Notes under the pieces: generated by a model | Told to the model about the DNA's origin: nothing | Databases searched by the model: none | Seen by the model: the letters and a program-made list of their open reading frames with translations, nothing else | Translations under genes and position numbers: made by a program | Sequence record: NC_017972.1 | Reading direction: 5' to 3' (one strand) | Length of the DNA: 64,000 bases | Shown: positions 53,370 through 61,883 of the stretch, in pieces | Numbering within the stretch: the stretch's first letter is position 1 | Layout of the letters: every line of letters starts with the position of its first letter

Positions 53370-56300
53370 GATCGACTTTTCCAGTCTTGACTTTGAATTC
53401 ATCAGGAACGAGCCTATTTGGGGTTCGTTCCTTGAGGCTTTGCAGGAATTCTACACGGAACAAGTGCGGGAACCACTGTCGCAATTGCAGGAAATTCGCG
53501 ACCTGAAAGCGACCACGCCTTTAGTATTCGTAAAGCAGGCGCTTAACGACCTCGGGATTACCCTTCCGCCCGACATGATTGTCGATCCTGAGCGCCTGTA
53601 CAATTCGGTTTATATGCTGCCTTTGATGCACCAGCAATTAGGCCGGGAATCTGCATACAGAATGATTGCGTATATTCTCGGTCGCCGGGTGACTGTTTAC
53701 CCGCTATACACCGAGGATTATGCAACGTTTTATGAGGAACCGCTGGGCGCCCTGCGAATCGACGGCGGTACGTGGTACAAAACCACGCATATCAATCTGG
53801 AAATGCAGAAAGTTCCAGCCGACCAGAATATCAAACTCCCTACAGGCACAACGCTGAAAGATCGATTCTTGTCAGCGTTTTTTTCGTTGGCGCCAATCAA
53901 TCTGGTTATCGATCAATTCTTTTTCAGCATTGAAGTCGAAAACACAGAAGACCTCGGGCTTACCGGTGTGGTTTATCGCCAGCCGGTGCGCCGCCTGATT
54001 TGTGACGCTGATTACAGCCTAGACAACGCGGTATTTACGCTGGATGGACCGGACGAAGTTTATACCGGTTTTTCTGCATCGTATGTGCTGCGCGCAAAAG
54101 GCCAAGTGTTTGAATCGAATAGCTGGACTTCTACGCACCCCGGCAACGTTTCCATTAGCCAAGGGCACGCTACGTTCTCCGGTTTCACACAGGATACGCT
54201 GGTAACAATTAGCGCCACCATTCGCGGCCAGACTGTCACCAAAGACATTAACGTGCGTCTCGGTATGCAGGATATTCGCCGATTGGAAATTGTCGGCCCG
54301 GATGAAATCTCTAGCGAACAAACTGGTGATTACACGGTTATCGCGTACCACAGCGAAGGCGCCGATCAACTCACGGTAGACCTGAGCGTTTTGAGTCCGT
54401 ATGCGTATTTTGCGGGCGGTACGCTGCACACGCGCCATATGCGAGAAGATCAAACCGTAACGATTCACTGCAAAACCACAATCAACTCGATTCCGTATAC
54501 CGCTGCCAAGAAAGTAAAACTGAAATACATTGATCCTAATGTGCATTTGGTTGGCCTGACGGTTAGCGGTTCCGACCGGATGAAAGAAGGTACGCAACAT
54601 CAGCTGTACTCGACCGCGCATTTCTCTGACGGTTCGACTATGGATGTTTTGTCGCGTTGGGCCTCCAGTAGTCCTGCGGTAGTCGTGGAAAATGGATTGG
54701 CTTCGACAATGCTGGTGGCCGGGGAAACCAATGTAGAAATCACCGCTGAATTTGGTTTCCGCAATCTCGTTATGCGAGCCGATCATGCGGCGGTTGTTTA
54801 TCCTGAATTCGTGGGAGTCGCCGCACTCAACATTCTCGGCCCAGCCCGCGTAACAGAAAACACCAAAGCATCGTATACCTGCATGGCGGTAATGACAGAT
54901 GGTTCCAGCACGCTTGTAACGCCGGAATGGTTTACCAATCAGTTTTATATCACTGATACTGGCAACCTCCACGCGGGCCTGATCAACCAGCCGGAAATCG
55001 ATGCAGAAGTTCGCGCCAGTTATGGTGGGATTTATGCTGCTCTGCCTATCACAATTGCGCGTCCTGTAACCATGCTGGAATCCCTGATTATTCTCGGTTC
55101 CGATTCGATTAAAGAAGGCGACGTAAACCGGTACATTGCCTACGCACAATACACCGACGGACGTGTGCTGAAAATCGAACCAGAATGGAGCGTAACGCCC
55201 GAAACCGACTGGGCCACGATTATCAATGGTGAATTGATTATCGACAAACCAGAAGACGGCCTGATTAGCATCCAGATTACCTATGAGGAAGACGGGCAAA
55301 CTTACACGCAAAACAAAACGATTGTTTGTGTGAGCGCCACCAACTCTTTGACCGGTCTGATCATCACCGGGCCTAATTCGGTAAACGCGCTGGATCGGGT
55401 AATTCTCACGGCGACCGCTGTTTACGAGGACGGCAGCTTTGCCAGCGTTAACCCGAAATGGGAAGTTTACACGCTCGATGCAAACGCGGAATTTATTGCT
55501 GCGGATGTTGCTGGTTATGGTGTGGTGACGGGTCGTAACGTCGATTTCGATATGGACGTTATTGTGCGGGCCACATATTTCCGCGAAGTCGCGGAATATC
55601 CAATGACCGTTAAATACATTCCAACCCTCGGCCCTGATGTTCCGGTTAGCTCGCGTATCATTGGCAACGCGGTTATTTATTCGACGCAGGTTGCTTCTTT
55701 CTCGCAGGCTATCCTGTTTGAAAACTGCCCGAACGAGCTGCTTGTTTCTTCTGATTGGGCGGTCGATAACCCAAACATTACCGTGGATGAAAACGGGTTT
55801 GTTACATGCAAACTAAACGTTGATATGACGTTCACCATTACCGCGACGTGGAATTGCGGCGGGCGTATCGTTATTGATTCGATGGCGGTTACTGTTGTGC
55901 CAATCGATGCCGCCTATACCGGCCTTGGGATTCGCGGCCCCGACACAATACAAATCGGAGTAAAAGAACGCTATTCGGCGGAAGCCTACACGCCCGACAC
56001 CGGCAACGAAGAAGGCAAAGGTTTACCGATTACTCCGAACTGGGAAATCCTTTCCGATTCGCTGAATCTGGTTGTACTTGCGGATGGTTCGCTGCTGGTG
56101 CAAAACAGCGTAGTAAATCAGGTTATTACGCTGGCTGCGAATTTCACCTACGAAAACACGCTGGTTGAAGCGACAAAAACCATTCGTGTTCTCGGCTCCG
56201 GTCCTGTGTACTGTGTAGGCCAACCGGAAACGGTCGATTATGAATCGCTGTTCCCGCTAAGCCTGATGATTTCGGAATCTGCTTTCCGCGATGATGTGCA

Positions 56301-56520
56301 GGGATACGGGTACATGATGGTTCCGGCGGTGTTCGGCTACGTCACATTCTACGACGCAACGAATAATCAAATTTCGCCAGACTGGGCTGGGCCTGATGGT
56401 TCCAATACGCCAGCCGTGCATAAACACATGCAAAACGGTGTGGAAACTACATGGTACGTTTACCGAACCATTAGTGCCGACCTCGGCCAGCGTTCCTACC
56501 GCATTGCGTTTAACGTGTGA
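53362..56520 (+). CDS. Baseplate wedge protein (gp7-like N-terminus) with tandem Ig-like repeats
   Basis: Repeated IxGP...Y.A.A.Y.DGS...V...W modules of about 90 aa. Confidence 0.7.
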   Translation: MNKIDFSSLDFEFIRNEPIWGSFLEALQEFYTEQVREPLSQLQEIRDLKATTPLVFVKQALNDLGITLPPDMIVDPERLYNSVYMLPLMHQQLGRESAYRMIAYILGRRVTVYPLYTEDYATFYEEPLGALRIDGGTWYKTTHINLEMQKVPADQNIKLPTGTTLKDRFLSAFFSLAPINLVIDQFFFSIEVENTEDLGLTGVVYRQPVRRLICDADYSLDNAVFTLDGPDEVYTGFSASYVLRAKGQVFESNSWTSTHPGNVSISQGHATFSGFTQDTLVTISATIRGQTVTKDINVRLGMQDIRRLEIVGPDEISSEQTGDYTVIAYHSEGADQLTVDLSVLSPYAYFAGGTLHTRHMREDQTVTIHCKTTINSIPYTAAKKVKLKYIDPNVHLVGLTVSGSDRMKEGTQHQLYSTAHFSDGSTMDVLSRWASSSPAVVVENGLASTMLVAGETNVEITAEFGFRNLVMRADHAAVVYPEFVGVAALNILGPARVTENTKASYTCMAVMTDGSSTLVTPEWFTNQFYITDTGNLHAGLINQPEIDAEVRASYGGIYAALPITIARPVTMLESLIILGSDSIKEGDVNRYIAYAQYTDGRVLKIEPEWSVTPETDWATIINGELIIDKPEDGLISIQITYEEDGQTYTQNKTIVCVSATNSLTGLIITGPNSVNALDRVILTATAVYEDGSFASVNPKWEVYTLDANAEFIAADVAGYGVVTGRNVDFDMDVIVRATYFREVAEYPMTVKYIPTLGPDVPVSSRIIGNAVIYSTQVASFSQAILFENCPNELLVSSDWAVDNPNITVDENGFVTCKLNVDMTFTITATWNCGGRIVIDSMAVTVVPIDAAYTGLGIRGPDTIQIGVKERYSAEAYTPDTGNEEGKGLPITPNWEILSDSLNLVVLADGSLLVQNSVVNQVITLAANFTYENTLVEATKTIRVLGSGPVYCVGQPETVDYESLFPLSLMISESAFRDDVQGYGYMMVPAVFGYVTFYDATNNQISPDWAGPDGSNTPAVHKHMQNGVETTWYVYRTISADLGQRSYRIAFNV

Positions 56521-56527
56521 GAAATCT

Positions 56528-58051
56528 ATGATTGCACTGACTCCAAACCTGCGGTTAATTAAACCGCTTTCGCGTTATATGGAGCTGCGCATTCGGATGT
56601 ACGGGCGACAAAGGATCGCCCGTTCTTTCGAGTCAAATCGCTCTAATCAATCCTCCGTTGTTTTACCGTTTACTCCGTATAGCCCTGATAAAGTCGAGGT
56701 TTACCTTGATGAAGTGCGCATGGTGGGAGGCTATACGATTGCAGGAAAAACCGTAACGTTTACGCCAACTGTTAGTGGTAAACTGCTGTTTATCGAAGAC
56801 GACGATTTTCCCAACATGAATGACAAATGGCTGGTTATTCCTACGCCGTCGCTTTTGCATTCTGACGACACAAAGGAAGCTGGTTACGGCACCGACCGCC
56901 GCACCGGCCCGCTCATTGCAACCAAAGCAAAACCTATCTGCATTACCCAAGGCGTATTAGGTTTTTGTCGCCCCAGTGCAGACGGTGATCAACTGCTATA
57001 CTGCCCGTACTACGGTATTTACGGACGCGATTCGATTACCTACGCAATCAAATCGGATTTGGGCCAACTCTCCGACTACCGCTGTATTGATATTCGCGTG
57101 CGTGACCCGAACTATATTCCGACCGTGCGTTTGTGTGCCCTGAGTATGACCTCATCGCCTGTGAAATCAGACGGTGTGGTTTACGACATTACCCCGGATG
57201 GTTTTTGGCAGATTTATGGGGAAATCCGTACCGGCGCCAACATCCAATTGCCTAACATCGTTAACGAAACTCTGCGCGAATTCCATTTCGTTATTCAAGG
57301 TGCGGATGAAAATGGCGATTGGTTTGAATTGTCTGAATATTTCGATCCAGAAGATTACAATCTAAACGTTATTGGCGCCATTGGTACGACCGTAACCTAC
57401 GTGGGACCGGCAGACGCATACGGCCACCCTAACGCGGTGCTGATTTCGTTAATGTGCGATTTGAAAGGATCGCAGGCCACAGTAAACCTGACCATTAATG
57501 GAAATCAATCGCTATTCAGTGGGCGTATTTATAGCAATGGTGTTACTGCGCTGGATACGTTGAAGCCTGTTATTGAAAACGAAAGCGTTTCGCTTAATCC
57601 GGGCGTGGCTGAGCCTGATCAAGTGCTTTCGTGGGCGTATAATCCAACGTGGATTTCTGAGAATGGGATTAGCCTCGGTACGACGTGGACAAACTCCGTA
57701 AACGAAACGCGAAATGCAGCAGCCACCATTGCAGCCGATGTTTCGCTGCCTGTGCTTTATGATCCAGTTGCAAAAGCAGATAAAACGTTTACGTTTGCTG
57801 TTAACGGAACGCATAACGGTTCGTTTACTACCGCAGAAGACCCGTCAGAAAACGTCGTGGTTATGCCAGAAAACTTTACCGTTACGACCGGCGATGACAA
57901 GTATTACTGGCAGAATTCCGATCCGTTTAGTGCAGTGTATTCCGGCGTTAAAGAATTCCCGGTTGCATTCAATTGGGATATCTCTCCATACGTTCCGCCA
58001 CCGCCGGAACCCGAGCCGGAACCGGAACCAACACCGCCTGAAAACCCATAG
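56528..58051 (+). CDS. Virion structural protein with a Pro/Glu C-terminal tail
   Basis: Beta-rich; ends PPPPEPEPEPEPTPPENP; start at 56528, just after the upstream stop. Confidence 0.7.
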   Translation: MIALTPNLRLIKPLSRYMELRIRMYGRQRIARSFESNRSNQSSVVLPFTPYSPDKVEVYLDEVRMVGGYTIAGKTVTFTPTVSGKLLFIEDDDFPNMNDKWLVIPTPSLLHSDDTKEAGYGTDRRTGPLIATKAKPICITQGVLGFCRPSADGDQLLYCPYYGIYGRDSITYAIKSDLGQLSDYRCIDIRVRDPNYIPTVRLCALSMTSSPVKSDGVVYDITPDGFWQIYGEIRTGANIQLPNIVNETLREFHFVIQGADENGDWFELSEYFDPEDYNLNVIGAIGTTVTYVGPADAYGHPNAVLISLMCDLKGSQATVNLTINGNQSLFSGRIYSNGVTALDTLKPVIENESVSLNPGVAEPDQVLSWAYNPTWISENGISLGTTWTNSVNETRNAAATIAADVSLPVLYDPVAKADKTFTFAVNGTHNGSFTTAEDPSENVVVMPENFTVTTGDDKYYWQNSDPFSAVYSGVKEFPVAFNWDISPYVPPPPEPEPEPEPTPPENP

Positions 58052-58083
58052 AAATAGTTTAAAAGCCTTAATTTAACCCTAAC

Positions 58084-58108
58084 AAAGCCCACTTAATTGC
58101 GGGCTTTC
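58084..58108 (+). terminator. Probable intrinsic terminator
   Basis: AAAGCCC-acttaattgc-GGGCTTT. Confidence 0.55.
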
Positions 58109-58130
58109 CTATTTCTAGGGAGACTCAAAA

Positions 58131-58355
58131 ATGCGTGATATCGTCAATCCCCTCCAGCTGCTGGAACAGATCGCCACGGCCTCCGCTGCCGAAAAAGCTG
58201 AGCAGGCAGAAACTTTGGCTACCGCGTCCGCACTGACCAACATGAATCCCTCCATTTGCCCTAAGTGCGGCGTGACAATGGGTAAGGCATTTTTGTTTGA
58301 TCGTACCCAAGTTTTCTACTGCGACGTTGATCGCGTAACGCAGCCAATGGAATAA
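58131..58355 (+). CDS. Small zinc-ribbon protein
   Basis: CPKC...YCDVD; GGAG RBS. Confidence 0.7.
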   Translation: MRDIVNPLQLLEQIATASAAEKAEQAETLATASALTNMNPSICPKCGVTMGKAFLFDRTQVFYCDVDRVTQPME

Positions 58356-58359
58356 CAAA

Positions 58360-60669
58360 ATGGCCGATAAACTGGTTTTACTTGATGCCGGGGAAGCGGC
58401 CTTGCTCAATGCGAGCATTGGCGGCATTCTCATTAAACCGGAATCTTTCCGCGTTGGTGACTCCGGTGCATATGCTTCAAATACCCAGCACACTGATATC
58501 GTCGGCAACTTCGTTTGTGGTGGTGATATTCACCACGTCGAAACCCTGAGTTCTCGCGTTGCGCGTTTTGTTTTGTCGTTTGATACGCGCCTGATTACCC
58601 AGCCGACAACCATTCGCGAAGTTGTGGTTTTCTTTGAGGGCAGGATTGCGTTCGGTCGTGCTGTTTTTGCGCAACCGTTTATTCTGATGCCGAATGAGCC
58701 AACCCGCCTTTCCGTTGTGCTGGCTACCACTCGCGCAGATTTGACGCTGATTGACGTTAGCGTGGGCGAGCATGATTCGATTCCTGCTACGCCTTTCCTG
58801 TATCAATTGCCGTCTCCGGGCAATTCTGAGTTCAACGCTATTTCCGTTTTGAACGGTAAGCGTAACCCGGATGGCACCAGTTCCCCAGTGCTCGCGCAGC
58901 GTTACGGCACCGGTAGTTTCCAGTGGGGTTTTACCGACCATTCCCGTGTGTTCAATGGCCGACCAACTTCGGCCACTTCAACCACGTTTAAAATCAGCAC
59001 TTCGGTTTCTTTTGCTGCTGATGAACAGGTAATTGTCCACGTTGTTTCCGGTAGCGGTGAAGGGCAAACCAGACGCTACCGCTACAACGCTGGCGCACAG
59101 GAGTTCCGCGACCCTGATTCTAAACCGCTTCCCAATCTGGCAGCTTCCACAATTGTTATTTGGAAATTGCTGGCAGGTGCTACTAGCGGTTCTGGTGGTG
59201 GCGGAAATCTGGAAATTCCACCGACTACCGAAATCCCACCTGATTGGGTACTGACTCCGGGCGCAGATGGTTCACTGGTGTGGCAACCGCCAAAAGCTGC
59301 AAGTCGGATTATTTCAACATTGTTTACTGAGCCTTCGCGGCTGGAAGTAAACGCGCTGGCGCTTATGGGCACTGGTGATGAATCGCGCTACAGCACGGGC
59401 GAATTGGTGCCGGAAAACGCCAACTATGTTTATCCGGCTGTTGGTCTGGTGACGCAGCACCGTTCGGCTTTCCAGCTGTCTGCATCGGAAATTGAATTTG
59501 CGGAAAACATTCCGTCAAACGTGAGTATCGATCTGCGGGTTTTCACTAAATCGCCGAGCACCGGTACACGCGCAATTTTCACCACGCTGGAATTCATTAG
59601 CGACGGCTCCAAAGTAGAATTCGATTTAGGGCAAACCGTAGAAACCCAAGCGCATGTATTTGCCTTTGTGGAGTCCACGCTGCAACCGTCGTCTACCTAC
59701 ACAATCGACAACGTGACGAAAAAGATTCGATTTAACAGTCCGTATGAGCCGGGTGTAAATATCGAATTGAAGCTGCTGTCGTATGTGTCGGAAACTGGCT
59801 ACAGCACGCGAATTGTCACGCGCACTTACGTTACCAAAGGTGATACGTTCTTCCTCAAACTGCCGACCACTCCGCAGTCCATTGAGCAGGTATTTGTTAG
59901 CCAGTCCGGTGCGCATATTCACCAGAAAAACTATTCGCTGATTGACGACGCACTGGTATTCACTGACAGTCTGGAACCCGACGTAGAAGTCGAGGTGATG
60001 ATTTTCGAGAATATTCAGGCGCAGGGATCGGAACAAACCGGCCTGAACGGCATTGTTGTGGACGGTTATGTTTCCAACCAAACGTTTACCCTGCTGCGCC
60101 ACGGTGCGCCGCCAATTGATTTGCCAATTCCACCGCCTGCAATTTCTGTAGGCGATGGTTTGAGTGTGGACACGTCGAGCGGTGTGGCACACATTTCCAT
60201 TCGTGAAGACGCTTTCCCGGCACAACGGGCAGTGCGTCGCTGGGAAGCGAATCAATCGTTTAAATCGCCTGACGGTCTAATTACTCAGACGATTACTTTG
60301 ACGCCGAACAAACCGTCGATTTACATGGTGGTTGCAGATTTCAGTGTGCGCCTCGGTCCCGGTTACATGAGCGCGGAAGGTACGGAAAATATCGAATATG
60401 TTGTAGGCGTTCGATCCGCACAATCCACCGAGCCTGCTTTCGGTCGGCAAATTCGCGGTACTGGTCAAGCTGGTTTGATTTCTAACGATTCGTCGGGCGG
60501 CATGGCATACGCCAACGCTTCCATGACGCAGACTTACGAAATCGACCCGGTAAACCACAACACCGAGACGATTGATATCGTGGCAAAAGTGCGCGTGAAT
60601 AACGCCAACACTTCTCAGTTTAGCGTGATGGTTAACGTCAACCTGAATATTCTGGAAATCCCGGTGTAA
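58360..60669 (+). CDS. Tail/baseplate fibre-base structural protein (769 aa)
   Basis: N-terminal fibre-attachment-like segment (LDAGEAALLNA...FRVGD) and repeated modules of about 70 aa. Confidence 0.65.
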   Translation: MADKLVLLDAGEAALLNASIGGILIKPESFRVGDSGAYASNTQHTDIVGNFVCGGDIHHVETLSSRVARFVLSFDTRLITQPTTIREVVVFFEGRIAFGRAVFAQPFILMPNEPTRLSVVLATTRADLTLIDVSVGEHDSIPATPFLYQLPSPGNSEFNAISVLNGKRNPDGTSSPVLAQRYGTGSFQWGFTDHSRVFNGRPTSATSTTFKISTSVSFAADEQVIVHVVSGSGEGQTRRYRYNAGAQEFRDPDSKPLPNLAASTIVIWKLLAGATSGSGGGGNLEIPPTTEIPPDWVLTPGADGSLVWQPPKAASRIISTLFTEPSRLEVNALALMGTGDESRYSTGELVPENANYVYPAVGLVTQHRSAFQLSASEIEFAENIPSNVSIDLRVFTKSPSTGTRAIFTTLEFISDGSKVEFDLGQTVETQAHVFAFVESTLQPSSTYTIDNVTKKIRFNSPYEPGVNIELKLLSYVSETGYSTRIVTRTYVTKGDTFFLKLPTTPQSIEQVFVSQSGAHIHQKNYSLIDDALVFTDSLEPDVEVEVMIFENIQAQGSEQTGLNGIVVDGYVSNQTFTLLRHGAPPIDLPIPPPAISVGDGLSVDTSSGVAHISIREDAFPAQRAVRRWEANQSFKSPDGLITQTITLTPNKPSIYMVVADFSVRLGPGYMSAEGTENIEYVVGVRSAQSTEPAFGRQIRGTGQAGLISNDSSGGMAYANASMTQTYEIDPVNHNTETIDIVAKVRVNNANTSQFSVMVNVNLNILEIPV

Positions 60670-60673
60670 GCTT

Positions 60674-61087
60674 ATGAAATATTGGTACGTCGATGGTAGC
60701 CTACGCAAAGGCGATTGGGTGCAGGGTGCAATTGAAATCAGTGCAGCGCAATTTGATTTCTACTCTGCGAATCTTGATACGTTGATGTTGTTTGTGCGGA
60801 ATGGCCGCGTGGTTCACCAAATCGACATGGCTGCTTATCGACGTGCCGCCCTAGCCAAGCTTGAAAACAAAAACTTTGTCGTTGTGGACGGAACGAAATA
60901 CTTTGACGACGAGTTGGGTTATTTGAGCGAAAACTACATCGTTCGATCAGGCGGTCCGTGCCGAATCAGTAAGGAAAAAATGATTGCGCTGGTGACAGAA
61001 AGGAATCGCATTTACACAATGCGCCGTTCTGGAATTCAGACTGCTAGAACACCAGAGGAAGTGGACGAATTATGTCAAATGAATTAA
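60674..61087 (+). CDS. Possible tail fibre assembly chaperone
   Basis: C-terminal IQTARTPEEVDEL resembles the ends of fibre-assembly proteins; follows a fibre gene. Confidence 0.45.
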   Translation: MKYWYVDGSLRKGDWVQGAIEISAAQFDFYSANLDTLMLFVRNGRVVHQIDMAAYRRAALAKLENKNFVVVDGTKYFDDELGYLSENYIVRSGGPCRISKEKMIALVTERNRIYTMRRSGIQTARTPEEVDELCQMN

Positions 61088-61186
61088 CAATTGCCGTCTT
61101 AGACAACAAGTCGGTGACTGTACCCATTGGCGTGACAGTCCTGACAAACAAAAAGAGTCAAAATAGCCTGAAAGTGCAAGACGGCC

Positions 61187-61873
61187 ATGACCGGTGAAAA
61201 GGTTGTGGCTTTGCCTTTCACCAGCATTGACGCGCCGGGCTATGAAGGCGAACAGGCATTCCGCGATAACAGCAGCCAAGTTTATTTTGGAACGCCTGTA
61301 GACCGCCGAGCGCTGCGCACCGTTGAGGCTGTTTTTAACGATGAAACCGGCGTACTGACTTTCTATCGGCAGAACGGGAAAAGTTACGAAATCACTTCGC
61401 TAATGCGGCAGATTGATTTCGGTATCGGTCCCACTGGGCCGCGTGGTGATCCGGGGCGTCCGGGGCGTGATGCCGAAGATGGAAAAGATGGAAAAGATGG
61501 GCAAGCAGGCTGCGCAGGTCCACGCGGGCCAGAAGGGCGCCCCGGTCCTATGGGTGATCCCGGTATTGAAGGCGAAGTAGGTGCGCCCGGTCCATACGGT
61601 CCGCTAGGTCCAACCGGACCGCGTGGTGATATTGGTTTTGCTGGTCCTCCCGGTTTTGAAGGTAAGCGCGGATTGTGTGGTTTTTCTTGCCCCACAACTT
61701 CACGCGGACCGTGTGGGCCACAAGGCAATACCATGAACAAAAACGTTGCGATTGGACCGTATCCAACGCACCTCGATTTGATTTGGGCGGCAGCAGAGGA
61801 TTGTTTGTGTCCGGTTTATCCGAACGAATATGATCTGACTCCTATTACCAATAACCCGGCTGTGTTCCAGTGA
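61187..61873 (+). CDS. Collagen-like protein (about 33 G-X-Y triplets), possible whisker or fibre
   Basis: GPTGPRGDPGRPG...GPCGPQG; the true start may be 61072 through a frameshift. Confidence 0.85.
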   Translation: MTGEKVVALPFTSIDAPGYEGEQAFRDNSSQVYFGTPVDRRALRTVEAVFNDETGVLTFYRQNGKSYEITSLMRQIDFGIGPTGPRGDPGRPGRDAEDGKDGKDGQAGCAGPRGPEGRPGPMGDPGIEGEVGAPGPYGPLGPTGPRGDIGFAGPPGFEGKRGLCGFSCPTTSRGPCGPQGNTMNKNVAIGPYPTHLDLIWAAAEDCLCPVYPNEYDLTPITNNPAVFQ

Positions 61874-61883
61874 GAAATGAACC

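Noticed and set aside
23928-58075. TAATTTA as a late promoter (23928, 26096, 51184, 58069)
   Set aside because: Short and AT-rich, in AT-rich gaps, and one copy lies just upstream of a terminator; the evidence is insufficient, though it is worth retesting genome-wide.
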